Source: Lingula anatina | Taxonomy: Eukaryota; Animalia; Brachiopoda | Length of the DNA: 64,000 bases | NCBI GenBank assembly: GCA_051362555.1 | Contig: CM120646.1 | Location: 19,220,001-19,284,000 of the forward strand | Reading direction: 5' to 3' | In this document: in pieces, positions 37,210 to 52,084 of the stretch | Numbering within the stretch: the stretch's first letter is position 1 | Layout: every line of letters starts with the position of its first letter | Made by a program: the position numbers and the translations under genes | The notes under the pieces: model-generated | Seen by the model: the letters and a program-made list of their open reading frames with translations, nothing else | What the model was told of the DNA's origin: nothing | The model's database searches: none

Positions 37210-38054
37210 TCAGTGTTACTCAATTTTCACTGGATCGAAATTATGAGACTTTTTATTAAACTTAAAAGCATTTTGTCTAGTAAATTTTTATATATTAATT
37301 AGCAAGTAACATTTTGCAATGGAACATTTGTATTTTATTGGTATAGGTGGAATAGCACACGGTTCTATACTTGATGAAAAATATGTTGATACTTATTGTA
37401 TTCTTACAGATTCTGAAGTGTATGTAGGCCTCATGATTTGAAATTATAAGTTGGATGTATTTACATGCAGCCCAGAGGTGTCAGAATGGAGAGGACTTTT
37501 GATTAATTCCTTTTACGTCTGACTAATTGACGGTGGTAAAAATGTACTTGACAACTTTGAATATATGAATATATGATTGTAATGACATTTATTTGACAAC
37601 TGTTATGCAGCAATAATATGAATGATTTTGATTGGGGTGCAAGGTAAATGTATTCGTTATCTACAAGATTAAATTGATTTTGTGTTTTATGTGTAAATGT
37701 TTTATCTCGAGCCTCTGTCTCTGTTCAAGTTGTAGAGATGAATTTAGATGCTGAGCAATTCAGTAAATTAGCCCACACATTTGACCTCTTATTAAAATTA
37801 GATTTGTATGTAAACTCTATGGTGTTCATTTTTTTAAGCAAGGGAAATGTCTCATTTTATAGTTCAATATTGTTTTTAAGCATGAAGCACAACTCGAGGT
37901 ATGCACGGAGGCCCCAGAGATGTCAATTTGCATTAAGGTGTACCTAGGTAATGCTCACCTTGGGGCTGTAATTTGATTTTATTTCCATTGGTTTTATTTC
38001 TACCTGACAACTGATTATGGTCACCTTGGTACTGTCATCTTGAATTACCTGTAC

Positions 38055-38250
38055 TTTGAGGAGAAGCAGTTCTAGTAAGCAGGAATTTTTTTCCGAAGAG
38101 ACAGTTCCATTATATGGGTTTTATGAGTACAGGCAGTTCCAGTATGTGGATTTTGTTAAAAAAGAGACAGTTGCAGTGTATCAGTTTTGTGAGGAGAGGC
38201 AGTTCCCAACTAAGCTGGTATTATGAGGAAAGAGGCAGTTCCAGTTTGCA
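38055..38250. repeat. Degenerate ~31-35-bp minisatellite, about 6 units
   Basis: Recurrent AG(A/G)CAGTT(C/G) core followed by a T-rich spacer. Confidence 0.7.
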
Positions 38251-41200
38251 AATTGTGTGTTTAGACCAGTCTGAAGATGCAGATGCTGTTTTTCATCCCC
38301 TTGTTATACACCCCCACTATTTTTCTATGGAGTCATTTTTTGAAGAATGCAAAATGAAAAGTTATTTCAGAATTTTATTTCTAAAAACATGTTGAAACAG
38401 TGTATCTGCAATGTTGTAAGTCATATAGGTTTGGCCAAATATCTAGGATGTGACCTGCAAATAGATTTGTTTCACCTACCCTTCTTTTTTTACTTGCAAA
38501 GTTTGTGTGGGAATAGAAGTGTCACTGGGAGTTATCTTCAACCACCTATATACAGGTAGAGAGAATCTAATTGTAGGCTGCCTCTGGCAGTGCGGATAAG
38601 GTCAATGAACTTACTTAACATCTTCATCCACTTGTATCACATTGGAGAACATGGAATAGAATGTCTGCAGTTCCTTTTTGTGCCAGGAGGACTGGCCGTC
38701 TGACATAAAAGGGTATATTTTGCAAACTGAGAGTTAGTGATTATTCCAAGCTTCTACCCATTACTTTTGTGACAATCTGAATCATGATATAAATACAGTA
38801 TTTGACTTTTATTTTTCTAATGAATTTTATGTTCAAATTTTAGAACATAGGTGGGATTTTTTTTTTCTGAATGTTTTTTCGATCAGTCTCTTTTGGGTAA
38901 CAACATGCAATTTCCGAGCAGAAAGATTAAAACAGTTGTATAAACAACCAAGCTGTTACAGCCTTAGGTGGTATTATACCTAGGTCTTGTTATTTGGCAC
39001 ATCCAAGGTTTGCTAAGGTGACGGCACAAGAAGGTAAAAAGTGCTTTTGAGCTCAGAATGGAACACCTAATTAACAAATTAAGGTGAAAGGTACCTGAGG
39101 TGTGTGAGTTTGCCCCTCAGCAGGAGACCAGTAGTCAAGGTGACTGCGTTAAGAGGTAAAAACTACTTCCCTTAATGAATAGAACAGCTAGAAACCTAAT
39201 TTAAGCAACAAGGTGTAAGGTAGTGCCCTCTCCATCACCTGTACAAACAGTTCCAGTTGGCAGTAGTTTTGGGATGAATGGCAACATGATGTAAGCCAAA
39301 TAAGATTTGATAGAAATAAATAATATCAATAATCAGTCAAACTGATATAAATACTTGGAAGGTGAAAGGTGACAACATTTTGAATGAAGGGGGAATGTAA
39401 CCTAGATCACTAGGTATCACCAATATGTCTTCAGGCTACCTATGAAATTATAAAAGGGTGAGGATGGGGGGTAACAGGATGTAATGATTACATCATGGTT
39501 GTCGGAAACATATTATACATTACATAAGACAATTAACCACAAATGAAATATTTTGGAGAAAAAGTATATATTTTCTTCTCTTTTAATTCAATTTAATTAC
39601 CAGGAAGGAAAAGTTATTGGTATGAATCACAGGAAATAATTAATTGATGTCAAATTGGACCTGTAGTTTTAAAGAGTATTGAGTTTCAGTTAAAAAAGGG
39701 TAAACCAATATTTGGCAAAGAGACTTGTGCAAAATTTACAAATGTTGTGTTTTAAGTTGTTAAACTAATTCATGAAAGCAGAGATAGAATTGAAAAAATG
39801 TTTTTTCTCATAATATAATAGATTATGTTAAAACACAAAATGAATTAAAAAAAAAAAGTATTTAGGTAATGAAATTTCAATACGCTGTATATTTTGATAG
39901 CAAAGCATTAAAAGCAAAGCAAAGTCTTGATTGCCTGCATACTCACATGCTCAGATTATCTCAGTCGTACCTAAAACTGTCTTTGTTTTCCAAAAAGCAC
40001 AATGACTGTAATTATGATAACCATAATAACATTATTTACTGGGTAATGTCTGAGAAACGGGTAATAAAACTTGCTTTCTTCATAGTTTACAGGACGGCAA
40101 TTACACACACTCAGCACAGGTTTATCATTTTGAAGAAACAAACGAATGCAAATTGCAAATCAGTTTGCAATGTGAAATTGATGTCTTTTTGTTGGTGTAA
40201 AAAGTCTCTTGATATTAGTTCCCCATGTAGTGGAGAGCAACTTAAAGACACAGGGCCCCAAATTAGGATTTTATCAATTTGATATTCAATATACATATAC
40301 CTGGCAGCAGACTAACAAATTGAAGTTTCAGGATGAAAAGAGCAATTAGTTCTTTGTAGCATGTTCAGCATAATAATTTATCCATGTGAATAGCTACAGG
40401 AATCATGTTAAGGCCCTTGGCTTGAATAGCCTATGTAGCCTTAACTTATACAGAATTCATGGCAAAGTATCATCTAAAGAAGGCCCAAGATGTGTGTGAT
40501 GAACATTGTGAGTGAACACAATAATGAAATCTACATAGCCTCAATTTTCTCAGGTAAAGTGCTCATCAACGTGAATCTCTAGGTAAAAATCAATGGAAAT
40601 TGGATTATTTATTGACGACAAGACAATCAGAGAAGTGCAGAATCACCGCTCAATCACCTCCGCGCTGCACATTATTATGGGAAGGGGTCTGGCTGGGAGT
40701 TGGCTTATGGCGCGCAACTGAGATTTATGGTGCGATGCCTCTCCTGTATCTTGCCATTTATTTTCTCGTTGTTGTTTCATTTTCATAATAATTATTATTC
40801 ACCCCACTGTGTGTTTTGGAGGGTGAGATCAGGTGCTTTTTAAACATGAGAAAACTGAAAGGGGGGGTCTGGAGGGGGGGGGTCGTTCAAATTGACAAAA
40901 TGACTTTTCTTGTTCTTTTCTCTGGAATCACACTGAATATATGTTGTTCAGATTGATTTAAACTAAGTGTTATTTTGTAAATTTAGTATAAATGATGTGT
41001 TTAGAATTTGTTCATGATTTTACAATTAAAACACCTTTTTCTTTCTTTTTGCTTTCTTTTCTTAATTTTTGTTTTCATTTTCAAAGAATGAAGTGAGCAG
41101 TTGTTAAACCAAATGGTTTGAAATAAAGAATAATATTAAAAATATTTTTGTTGGTGTTTTTGATAGTATACTTTAATCATGTATGTAAACTAAACAACAG

Positions 41201-44200
41201 CATCTTTTTTTCACTATTGTAAAATAAACTCTAGGTCCCTTACCTAAATTATGAGAAGAATCTTGATTTTACAAAAATAATACTTGTAAATGTTATGCCG
41301 AAATGCAAGTTAAATAGTATACAAATGAAAATATGTGTATGGTAGAATATTGAATACCAAAACCTTTTTCTAAGATGTAGATGTAAAGAAAATATATACA
41401 TATCTATGACCAAGGCAAAACTTATTTTGATTATAGAAAAAAAATTAAAATAAAAAAAGACAAGAAAAAATATCTTAGATATATGTATGATATATGTAGG
41501 TAATAATAAAATTCTGCAGCCTAAGTTGCCCAGCCTCCAGGTGGTCTTACACATTGATATAAAACCCTTCCACACATAACCTGTACCTGCTAGGAAATAA
41601 ACAACAGGGCTAAATTGTCTCATTGTTTCTGGTTATGTGGATCAGACAGCATTATGTCTATAGTGCTTGTTCCTGCAATTGGATGGAGGGTGATTTATGT
41701 CACAGTTAATTGGATCTGGGAGAAGAGTTAACCCGTGCCATTCAGGTATGTTGTGCAATAGGGGAAGAAAGGCGAAGTGATCCTGGATTTTATGAAAGAA
41801 GTAAAAGGATGAAAAAAGTTTTAAAGAAGGAAAGAAATTCTGGCCAATATTGTTAATTAATAGATCAAATGGGTGTTGTTAAAACCGAAGAGATGTATGG
41901 CACATGTGAAATAATATTTCAGATTTCTTTCTGTTTCTGGCATGCCTAGTTTGTTAAATAGATTTGTCATACATGTACCTGAATCTGTGATTGATATTAT
42001 TACGTATTTACCTATTTATGATAATAGGATTTTTAAAACTTAATTTTGAAGAAACCATGTGAAGTGAGAGTGATTAAATGTAGCTCACAAGGTCAGGTTT
42101 GACTTCTTGTTTCAATAATAGTAATATCACAGAGGAAACGCATACAGTGCAGCATTATAAAAACAAGAAGTGAAAACAATGAGGTCCATATCAGGTCATT
42201 CAATAATTAGCCCTTCTCTTTTAACCATGTGGCTTTGGGAGATAACAAAACTCCTAATAATTAGTCAATTAATGCATGCTGGTTCTGAATTAAAAGTGGG
42301 GAAAAGATACTAAAATAGAGTAAAAAGACAAACAATCCATGATGTATGATTTGATTTGAGCTAAAAATGTAGGTTGATTTGAGAGCATTTTTGTTTTTCT
42401 TTCTATTTTATCCATTTTATAATATATTTAAGTCAGAGAATCTGTCTCAGCAATAAGGAAAGTTTTCACGTGATGGCAAGCTATCTTATGGCCTTGGCTT
42501 TTAAAACAGTATAACATGTTCTTATGTAAAATAAGAATTAAATCCCATGGTAAGACCGATTTCCCCACTGTAGGGTTGCATCAGTAGCATATCTTCAGAG
42601 TGTACATAATCCAAGAAGACATCCTTTTGTTTCCACGCAGCCAATGCATGGTCAGTAGTGCGTGTCACAAGGCACGTGTTTGCACCTCGGAGTGCAGGTC
42701 TGTGTCGTAAGATAACAGTACCCACTTCACCAATTGACAAAGTAAAGGTACTGAGTATGAGAGACTTGACTTCCAGCAGTGGGCAGAGTGAAGTTGAATA
42801 TATATTAGGTCAAATTTTACAATGTTTGAATTAAATGAAAACCACCATGCCAGGTATATGGTTTTAAGGTATGAGAAGAACATGCACTACATAAAGTAAT
42901 TTTCTTGTAGAAATAAGGTTTTGTTATGCTTTAGTTGTATTTTAAGAAGATTTCAAAATGTGTACTGTATGTTAACTGTAGAGCATTTGAAGGGATTCAA
43001 CCTAAGAAGTTCTCAGATCTGAAATTTATGAAATAAAAAATATATTTTAATAATTTTTTAAAGAAATTAAATAATTGTTTGTTGTTAATATTTTTATTAT
43101 CATCAAGAATGAAATGATAAATACTTGGTGAATATATAGATTGTTTGGTTATAGCGATATTTAAAGGATAATATTTTGATATTTATAGTACAAAGAAATT
43201 ATTTGCAATGAAAAATATGCTTTTGATAAATTGTTATGAGCATAAAATGATATTTTGAAAGATAAAAAAACATTTAAGTAAATGGAGACAGATAAAATTA
43301 TGATGTTACCATAAACCCTCGAGCACATTTTTATTAGCTAAAATGTGGAATAAGTTCTCCTCATTTCCTTAAAAAACTGCATTTGATTATACTTTTTATC
43401 TCTTGATTCTTATGCCATGATACTTGATCACCAGCCAAAAGAAACTGATAGTCATAGTTGGATCTTATTGTGTCTGTTGACACAATGCCATGTTTTTTAT
43501 CTTTATATTTGCAGCAGGTTTAAATTACTGTAATTACTCACAGATACCAAACTCGCATTTTTCTGTAATTTTATAGTTTGATATTATTCTAACTCAGATA
43601 ATATTATTAACATTTTATGGCAGGTATCCAACCCGTTTAGAAGAACTTGTGAATCTTTTTTTGTGGATTAATTAACAGTTTTGTTTTGATTTTGAGATGC
43701 ATTTTCATATTACAGATCCACGTTTTTAGTAACCTTCAGTCAAATTTGTGCTATTTTCCTCTCATGATAATGACAATATTTTGAAAACTTATCAGAAAGA
43801 TTGTTTATGGCCAAAGGAATTGTATTTCCTGATGTTTTAGTTAAAGTAATCATTTACTTCAAAACAATTATTGAAAACTTTTTCATCAAAAAAGTGTAAA
43901 GATCTAATCTTTATTTAACCAGAAGGATGGGTTTTAGCCAACTCTCTTGTGATGGTACAGGTAATCCTATAATTACTAATTATCATTCCACTTCAGTGGT
44001 ATATTACCTAATGTGCATGCAAAGGCATTGATGTCTTGGATATAACTGTGACAGATGTCATTATCAACAATGACAGTGAGCGAGGACGAGACTGGAGATG
44101 ATGAACATCAGAATGCCATGCCGTCATTAGCTGGCAAAGTTTTTGCATATAAGACAACAGCATTAATGAAGATGTTTCGTGATTTTCATATTCACAGCTC

Positions 44201-44416
44201 TCACACGTTAGTGACTTTGGTGTGAGGTCGGAGATTAGTATTCTTTTTTTTATTATTTCTGGGGGTTCCATTGATAGTAGTTTGAATTTAAGTTTGTTTT
44301 TTTTTTATGAACTCCCTATGGAAAATGCTTGATTGCAATTGGCCTAATATTATTCAGACAAAACTCCTTCCCTTGTTCATTACTTCCCAGTTGTAAAAAA
44401 ACTAGTGCTTTAATTA

Positions 44417-44613
44417 GAGCACATTTAGAACAGGAAACTAACCAATCCCCGGATCAAATATGGCTGACCCAATTGAATGCTTGTTGCATAATTCCCGCTG
44501 GGAATCATATTCATATTCAGTGTCTGATCAGGAATGAAGTGGCAAGCTTTTTAGTGGGTCGCCATATTTGATCCGGAGATTTTTTAGTCTGCTGTTCAGC
44601 TCCGAATGCACTC
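44417..44613. mobile_element. Family A hairpin MITE
   Basis: CCGGATCAAATATGGC / GCCATATTTGATCCGG inverted; TAGTCTGCTGTT shared with 78-261. Confidence 0.75.
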
Positions 44614-47600
44614 ATAGGGGGTTGCTTTTGAGTAGAAGCATTGAGAAGTTAAGACTAATCTTTTTCTGTTAAAATTGATCCTAACATGGCTACTTTACTA
44701 GACTTCTTTTACTATAATTTGATTTTGTTTCGAAATTTGTTTTCAGTTTTTGCCGCTTTGATCTTCTTTTGGTGAAATTAGGAGATTTCCAAATTCAAAA
44801 GATGTTGGATTCATGTACAAAGATTTAACAAATCACAGAACACCTTTTGCACTCCTGACTATTAAAGTAAAAAAGTGTAAGCATGGTAAAAAAAATCTTT
44901 GTGAAATAAAACAACTCTCTCTTTGATTAATCCTTTCATTTGCACTCACAGAGTGGTAATTACACCTCTGGCTCTGAACGGTGGGATTAGAACTAATGTT
45001 ACTTTAAATAGGAACTGGCTGCTGTGTAATTAGTATCTCCCATGTTTTCTCTGCACAATTACCTTCCTTGTTGTTTCCTGCTTTTACGGTGGTATTTTTT
45101 TCAGGTCAGGGCATCCTTTCAGGAAGACTGTGACCTTATTACTGGTGTTTTGATTGATTTAATTTCTCATATGGCAAACAAAGGAATTGCCACAGTTGCC
45201 ATTTAGCACCTTCATTTGTCAGAATTAGATGAATGCATAAGATTGAAGGAATGGTACATCTAATTGTAAGACATACCATAATATATTGTTTTTTTACATC
45301 ATTTGAATTCTTTCCATGGTCTCTCATTCTTGGTATTTATTTTTCTTGAATTAATAAACTATAAGCCTTGTGATAGGCCAAGGCAAGCAAAATGGGGGCA
45401 CGTGAGCTGATGGGGGGGGGGGGGGGGGGGGGACAGTTTTTTCCCATGTGTGCGTCACTGTACACCTCATTGGAAAAACCATCATTAAAACCAGCAATTG
45501 AAAGCTGTGTCACAAAATAACAAATGTTTTAGTACTTGTAATTTAAACAGTAGTCACCAGGTTGTACTAATATGTCTGGTTCAAGATGGCTATTTGATTC
45601 GAGGATGGAGACAGTGTGGTGACTCCTGGAGATTGAAGGGATAACAGCCATGTTGTCTAGTGGTCTCTGTGTCTTCTTCTTCAGGAGACCAATAATGCAC
45701 CTTGGATTGACTGATAGCAAATTTGAAAAAATTGAAATATATTGAGAAAAAGTTTTGGAGAATTTTTGGAGAGAGAGATCGAGAGAGAGAAAGAACTTGT
45801 GTCACCAGTCACCAAAGAAATAATCAAAATTTAACAACAAAATGCCACAAAGATCCAGTTCATGCAACTGCTGCCTTGATATTCAATAAACTAATATTCA
45901 ATAAACTAATGTTCATACCTTTCATAGAACATTTATGCTGCAGAAACACAAAAGACAACCTGTGCCTTAATTGATAATTTTCTCCAATATTCTCTTTTAT
46001 TGGAGGAATATAATGTGTCTGACCATTGGACTGTAAACAATTTATAGGTTATTTAGTTGTCGTGTACCAGCAGCCAGCACAAACGTAACAAGACCCATTG
46101 TTTCTCCATTACTAGGGCCAGGTGCTTTGCCATAGGCAGCCATTTTGAGGATAGATAACATATCTTATTGTATGTTCATAGTTGTATTGTTTGAGCACTT
46201 TAGGCCAATCACTGGATGAGCACAGACAAATGGTATTGAATTTCAGCAGGTATTTTGATCCATTTAGTTACCAATGAGCATGGAAATGAGCAGTAATTTC
46301 TCTCTTCTCCAGGGGAACTATTACAAAACACCTACATAGCCTTCTATTTTCCTATATGGATTATAAGTAATTATGAATAATTAGTAATATTTTCCCATTG
46401 ATAATCCTTATTCCCTGGCCATACTTTTTATGGTGGGACTCTTGAAATGGATGAATGTGATGCAAATCACCTTAATTAGGACAGAAATGTTTAGGTCCAG
46501 GTGGATAATTAAACTTGGCACATTTCATAGTTATTATTTCTTCCTCATAATTTTGAATGTCATGATGATTTATGAAAATGTGGCAGAATGGTTTTATCTG
46601 TGTCACGTTTGACTATGAATAGAAATCATCCTTAGTTGGAGGTGTGCAGTTATTCCAAAAAAAATGTAATATTTAATTTATTTTACTGGATATTAGAGAA
46701 TTCAATGGTAAATTGTAAAAAAAAAAAAATAGAATAAGGTGTCACTGAAATTGTGAAACTTCTGCAAAATTTGTAAGAAAAGTTAGATAAGATACCTAGA
46801 GTTAATTGTCACAAAGTTTAATCAAACAGATATTTATATATGTTTCAAGGCAAAATAGGGCTAATTAGTCTAATAGGCAAAATGGTACTCACCATTAATG
46901 ACCAGCCTTCTTTTACCAAGGGGGTGTCATTTCCTTGGTTTTTGTCTTTTGTCACTTTTCTCCTGCAATAAGGTGGTCTTTTGTTTATTAACACTGGAGG
47001 TGGATGTTCTTCATTATTTTGTCACCTTACTATAGTGTTACTTCCTGATATTCTTGCTACATGGGACCAGGGGGTGGGGAGGTGGATAGGTGGAGCAGTT
47101 ACTGACCAGTGCACACAATGAGGTTATTGACCAATGGAGATAATAAAGAGGAGGGAGTTAATGACCATTCAATAGAGCCAAACATCCTTCCCAGGTGTTA
47201 AAGTGTCTCACTTTCATTTTGCTCACTCTTTTGATAATTTGGTACAAACAGAAAGTTTACAAAGACAATGAGCTTACTTCGTATATGATTTTGTATTGTG
47301 CTAAATAAGTACATTTATGTATATATAAATATAAAAAAAATAAAAATGACTGGAATTGAAGTATCCAGTGTAGAAGTAGATTTAAATGTGGAGGCACACT
47401 TCAGTGGGTTTTTATTTTAATCTGAAAAAGCAACAAAGGTTGGGATATTTTTTTTTATTGCATCATTCACTTCCTAAAGAGGGTCCCAGCTTCTTGAATT
47501 AATTTCCAAAGCAGGTGCCACTGCTGAAAGAGAGAAAGGAAATTAGTGCTTCTTTAATAGTGACAAATGTTTTTAGATTTCAGCAAATGAAACAAAACAC

Positions 47601-48854
47601 AATCTTTGCCATGTCAAACAAATAAACATTGAGAATAAAAGGACCACTGGAAGGTAAACCTATTGGTCAACTCAGTGGTCAAACCAAGTTCTTTTGATCA
47701 AGACAGGGCCTTAAGCCATTTCCTCACATGGATACAGTTAGTAATCCTGTAATAGTCACTGAGATATTTATCTAGCAACTGTCAACTGCTGAGATGTCTT
47801 TATTAACTGTTCCAAGATTTAACAAAGTTCTACTTTACAAAGTACCTTATAAGTATTAATGACGGTATGGATAACACCTATTTAAATTACATCCTTGGTG
47901 TAAATATTATCAGTGTTTTGGATCTCCCTTCCCTTCCTCAGCACCTTTCCTTTTGTTTGTGTGTCTGAAAAGCCAGGTGGGATTTTCTCTTGTTGTTGTT
48001 GTTGTTGTTGATCTGAGGTCAGTTTTAAGACCAAAACTTGACTTTATCAGGTGACATGCCAGCTTAAGAGGTGTCACTTTCTTTTTGTTATGAGGGAAGT
48101 ATCCTGTATTTATTAGGCATTTCACTTTTGGAATAGTTCAAGTTGGTGATTTTAAAAGGTTAGGTAACTTGCATTTTGAGTGATTTTTAAAAAGTGAAAC
48201 AAGAATTTATCTTGGGAGAAAAATACATGTTAGAGCTCTTTGTACAATCATTATGACGTTTCTTAATTAGCCTGAAGTCAGTAGATTGGTTAATCTATTT
48301 TCATCTGTACCTATTTTACCACCTGTCAACCCCTTTATGAAATTCCAGTTGGACTTGCCCAGGACTAATCAAAGTTATGTCTTGCCTTGTGATGCTTCAT
48401 TTACATCTGGTTCTCTGACTCAGCACCTGAGGTTACAGGAGTCTCTAGAAGCAGCAGGGAACTCCAGGTTAGAACCCACTGTAGTGATAGACAGAGAGAG
48501 ACTTCTTTACTGAATCATTCATTCTGATTGCCATATTGTTCCTTGAGTACACACCAGGAGCAGAAGCTGCAGAAGTCGAGAGACAGATAACTGACTCTAG
48601 AAGTTTTGGTCCAAGCTGATTTTCTTTTTTGTGTGCCGCGTTGTTTTTTATTATCATTGAGTGAGCCGCTTGAACTTTTCCAGAAGTTGAGACAGACTTT
48701 TATTTGTGGGAAGCAAGATACGGTTGGAACACAAGTGAAGTATTTCATTGAACTTTTAGGAAGTTGTTGAGTCAGACATGAAGTGCTGTGTTCACAGTTA
48801 GGTACGCTGCCAGTGGTCAGTGACTTTATCATTGAGGGCCAGGTTTTGTGGACA

Positions 48855-48948
48855 ATGTTGCTGGAAACCATCGCATCCAGACTCCCTTCTGCAATGATCC
48901 ACCCTCGTCTGCTGCAGGTTTTGGAAAAGATGGACGTTTTTTCTCCAG
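48855..48948 (+). CDS. Probable alternative first coding exon of the ZEB-family gene (MLLETIASRLPSAMIHPRLLQVLEKMDVFSP + G)
   Basis: ACA-ATG start, GC-richer open frame of 31 codons + 1 nt ending at a strong donor CAG|GTAAGA; same phase 1 as exon 27382-27439; preceded by ~400 nt of UTR-like sequence. Peptide homology not recognised. Confidence 0.55.
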
Positions 48949-51644
48949 GTAAGACAGATATAACGTGAAACTTTTAAAGGCGGTGATAGCATTGTGAGGT
49001 TTTTCATATTGGGTGCATTTAGGGTTAGTGTGAACTAAGAAATGGTTAAATGTTTGTGATACATGATTTTTTGTTTTGTTATTTTTTGCTAGTCATGTTA
49101 ATCTTGGATATTACAAACAAAGTGTTTTAGGCAGTGCATAGATAAGCGCATGTGTATTAGATATTAGTGGTTACAAAGGGAAGTAATATGCTGAAATTCA
49201 TGATCAGGAAGTTTTTGTGGGGTATGAACTTTACACATGTACCTTCACCAATTAGATGGTGCCGTTTTGCCTGAGCTGAAATGTTCCCCAACTGTTCCTG
49301 GAAAGAGGACCCTGTTCCTGTTTCACATCCTGAAAAATAACTTCCAAGGTTAAATTCTTCATAAAACAACTGTGCCATCTATCCTGGCTTTGATAAATAT
49401 TTGGCAGTTGTCCTTTTTAGTAAGATAGAATGATGGCTGACCCTGTTTTGTTATGTGGATTTTTATCACCCTAGGTGTCACTATGTGAGAATTTGTTTTT
49501 CCTCTTATTCTGCGTAAATCATGTGGTAGCTTCCTTGGGTGTCAGTTACCCAACATTTCGTCAGGTGTTCTACCCCAGCCCAACCATCCAATAGTTAATC
49601 ATCTCCTGTCAAAAAATTTTTAAATTACAATTTTAAGGAAAAGACCCAAGTAAAGGGAACATAATTGAGGAGTCACCCACTGTTAACTGAACAGCCACAC
49701 CTGTCACGGAGCATTACGCGCCGTTTTTTATGCCATCCACCTGTCCTCCATGTTGGTTCCATTAAAAACATCTTCGTGCAAAAGACATATTTCCCATGAG
49801 TTTCTGAGATGTTTGCGCCGTACCTCACTTCCGAGGTATGTGGTTGGGGTATGTGACATGTGTGGGAAATGACTACACAGGTAGAGAGCCTGCACCTTGG
49901 AATTACTCAGTTAGAAGGAGGTTTTGAGGAGGGGAGGCGAAGTTTAATTGTCTTGACTAACGCACAATGTGCTAATCATTGTTGAATAATTGTTGAGTTT
50001 ATTAAAATTACTTACTTGAAATTTTGGAAGAAAGTAACTTTTGAAAAGTGTATTTTTCATTGAAATTTGCCATATTATGTTAGTTTCATTGTATTTTTTT
50101 ACAAATTCAGGATAGAATTTAATACGAAAGGTAATCCTCTGGGTTATACCTAGAGAAAGCATCTGGCTAAGGGGGGAATAGTTAGGAAATAACATAATTT
50201 TAAATTATTTAAGAGCCCTTGACATAGATTATCCAAGTGTGTTTTTACAGTTGCAACTGTTGTAATTTTCAGCTGTGGTAGATTGGCTAGTTTAAACCAT
50301 CTAAAAAGCCCCACAAGGTTTATCTGAACTGGAAGAGGGTTAGTTCCTTTTTTTCTGCTTTCCTAAATAATAGCATTTAACAGTATGGACTCAATATAAA
50401 TTTTTTCAATTGTGGAAATTAAACTTATTTTACGCTACACATGTGCCAGCTGAGCAAAGGTTAGAAAAGTCTTGAAATTTAATTTAAACCAATTTGTCAA
50501 AAATTGAACTGCTAAGACCCCTATGAAACATATGCTTGTTCTGCTGTTGTTTGGTGCCAAGTTGTGTGTAAAAAGTAATAAATAAACCAACATTTCTGAA
50601 TTTCTTAATATGGTCATGAATGTTTTGATCCCATAAAATGTAACATGCTGTCACGATGATTGTGTTGAAAAGTTCAAATTTGAAAGATTAATGTTTCTGT
50701 TTTAGATTAAAATTTCAAGAGGCATGGTTCATCTTTAAAAATATGTTAATTTAATTACATTGACATCTATGCGACAAAGGATATTACAATTTAGATTATA
50801 GGTTCTTAAAATATTTATAACAGCAACTTTTCATTTTTAATATGTTGACAAATAATGTCAAACTTAAATTTTCATACTTAGACAATATTGTAAAAAAGAC
50901 CTAAGACTGGAAAAGAATAATGTTCATGAATTTAATCTTCTATTTGCTAACTTAAGTGAACAGCTTCCTTTTGTTTATTAAAAGGAAAATTACATGAAAG
51001 TCTCTAGTCCACATAGTTCAAGTAACAGCTTTAATTCAGTCTAATAAAACGGACTCTCTCACTCAGAGAAGCAGGTGCTGAGGAATTTATTGGATGTTTG
51101 TACAGGGTAACTGACCACTGGTCAGTGTTGTGGTCAAGCATGTGTTCTGGCCAGGTAATTAGATCTCTGGCACCACCTGTAGACACTGACTAGTCCCAGG
51201 AGTGTCTGGTTAGTACTGGGGTAGATTTGAACTGAATATTATTGGACACTGTGTCTCCCTTCCTATTTCACATATTTAGATAGAATCGGTGTTTGGCTTT
51301 GTAGAAATAAAGCTAATTATATCAGGTGTGATGGATAAGATGTTCATGTTTTCTGCTTTTGGTAACCTTTGACCTCTTGATGGACCTGGACAGGGCAGTG
51401 CAATCAGGTTAATTTGGTTTGGCAGAAAAGTTGCCACTGAAATACTGTTAGCAGTCTGGGTAGTGTAGCAAGGGAAGCTGTACATCCTAAAATGCAAAGC
51501 TAATGAGCCAAAGCTGAAGCACCTATGTAAAATATATTTAGCAAGTTTTATGTTTGAAAAAAAATCCTAATCCGTGAAAATGTTTAAATATGCAATTATT
51601 GCATTTTTAACACTGTATTGAGATTTTTATCTTTCTAATGACCA

Positions 51645-51677
<33 letters not shown>

Positions 51678-52084
51678 TGAAATGTTACTCTGTGGAATAC
51701 CAAGGCACCAGCCAATTGAAGTGTTAAATATAAAATTTAATCAAAATAGATGTATTTAACAGGTGCTCTTTCCACTGCTGTCTCACCTTTTGGATCAGGT
51801 TTTGACAAAGGTATTCTAAGACACACCCCTAGCTCTTTGAAATTGAAAACTGGTGAAAGTTAGAACTCTGGGATTTCATACTGCTAAGGTATCATCATTC
51901 TGGCATCCTATTGATTTCAGATTCTCATCTTCATCTACAGTTTAGGTTATTAACAAAAGAAAAAGTGAAAATTTGATAACATTCCACATACAGTAATTTA
52001 TTGGCCCCGAAAATACCCTTCTCATCTTGAATTGTTAATGAATGGATCAAGATCTTCACTTGGTATTTTCTGTCCAGTGAGTGA

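Noticed and set aside
38055-38250. Regularly spaced short repeats superficially like a CRISPR array
   Set aside because: Units are degenerate, spacers resemble each other, context is eukaryotic and there are no cas genes
39869-41623. ORFs of 137 aa and 124 aa
   Set aside because: Low-complexity AT-rich composition typical of chance ORFs in intronic DNA
42670-42755. Two small hairpins separated by AGATAA, like an H/ACA snoRNA
   Set aside because: Hairpins are too short and no ACA box follows the second stem
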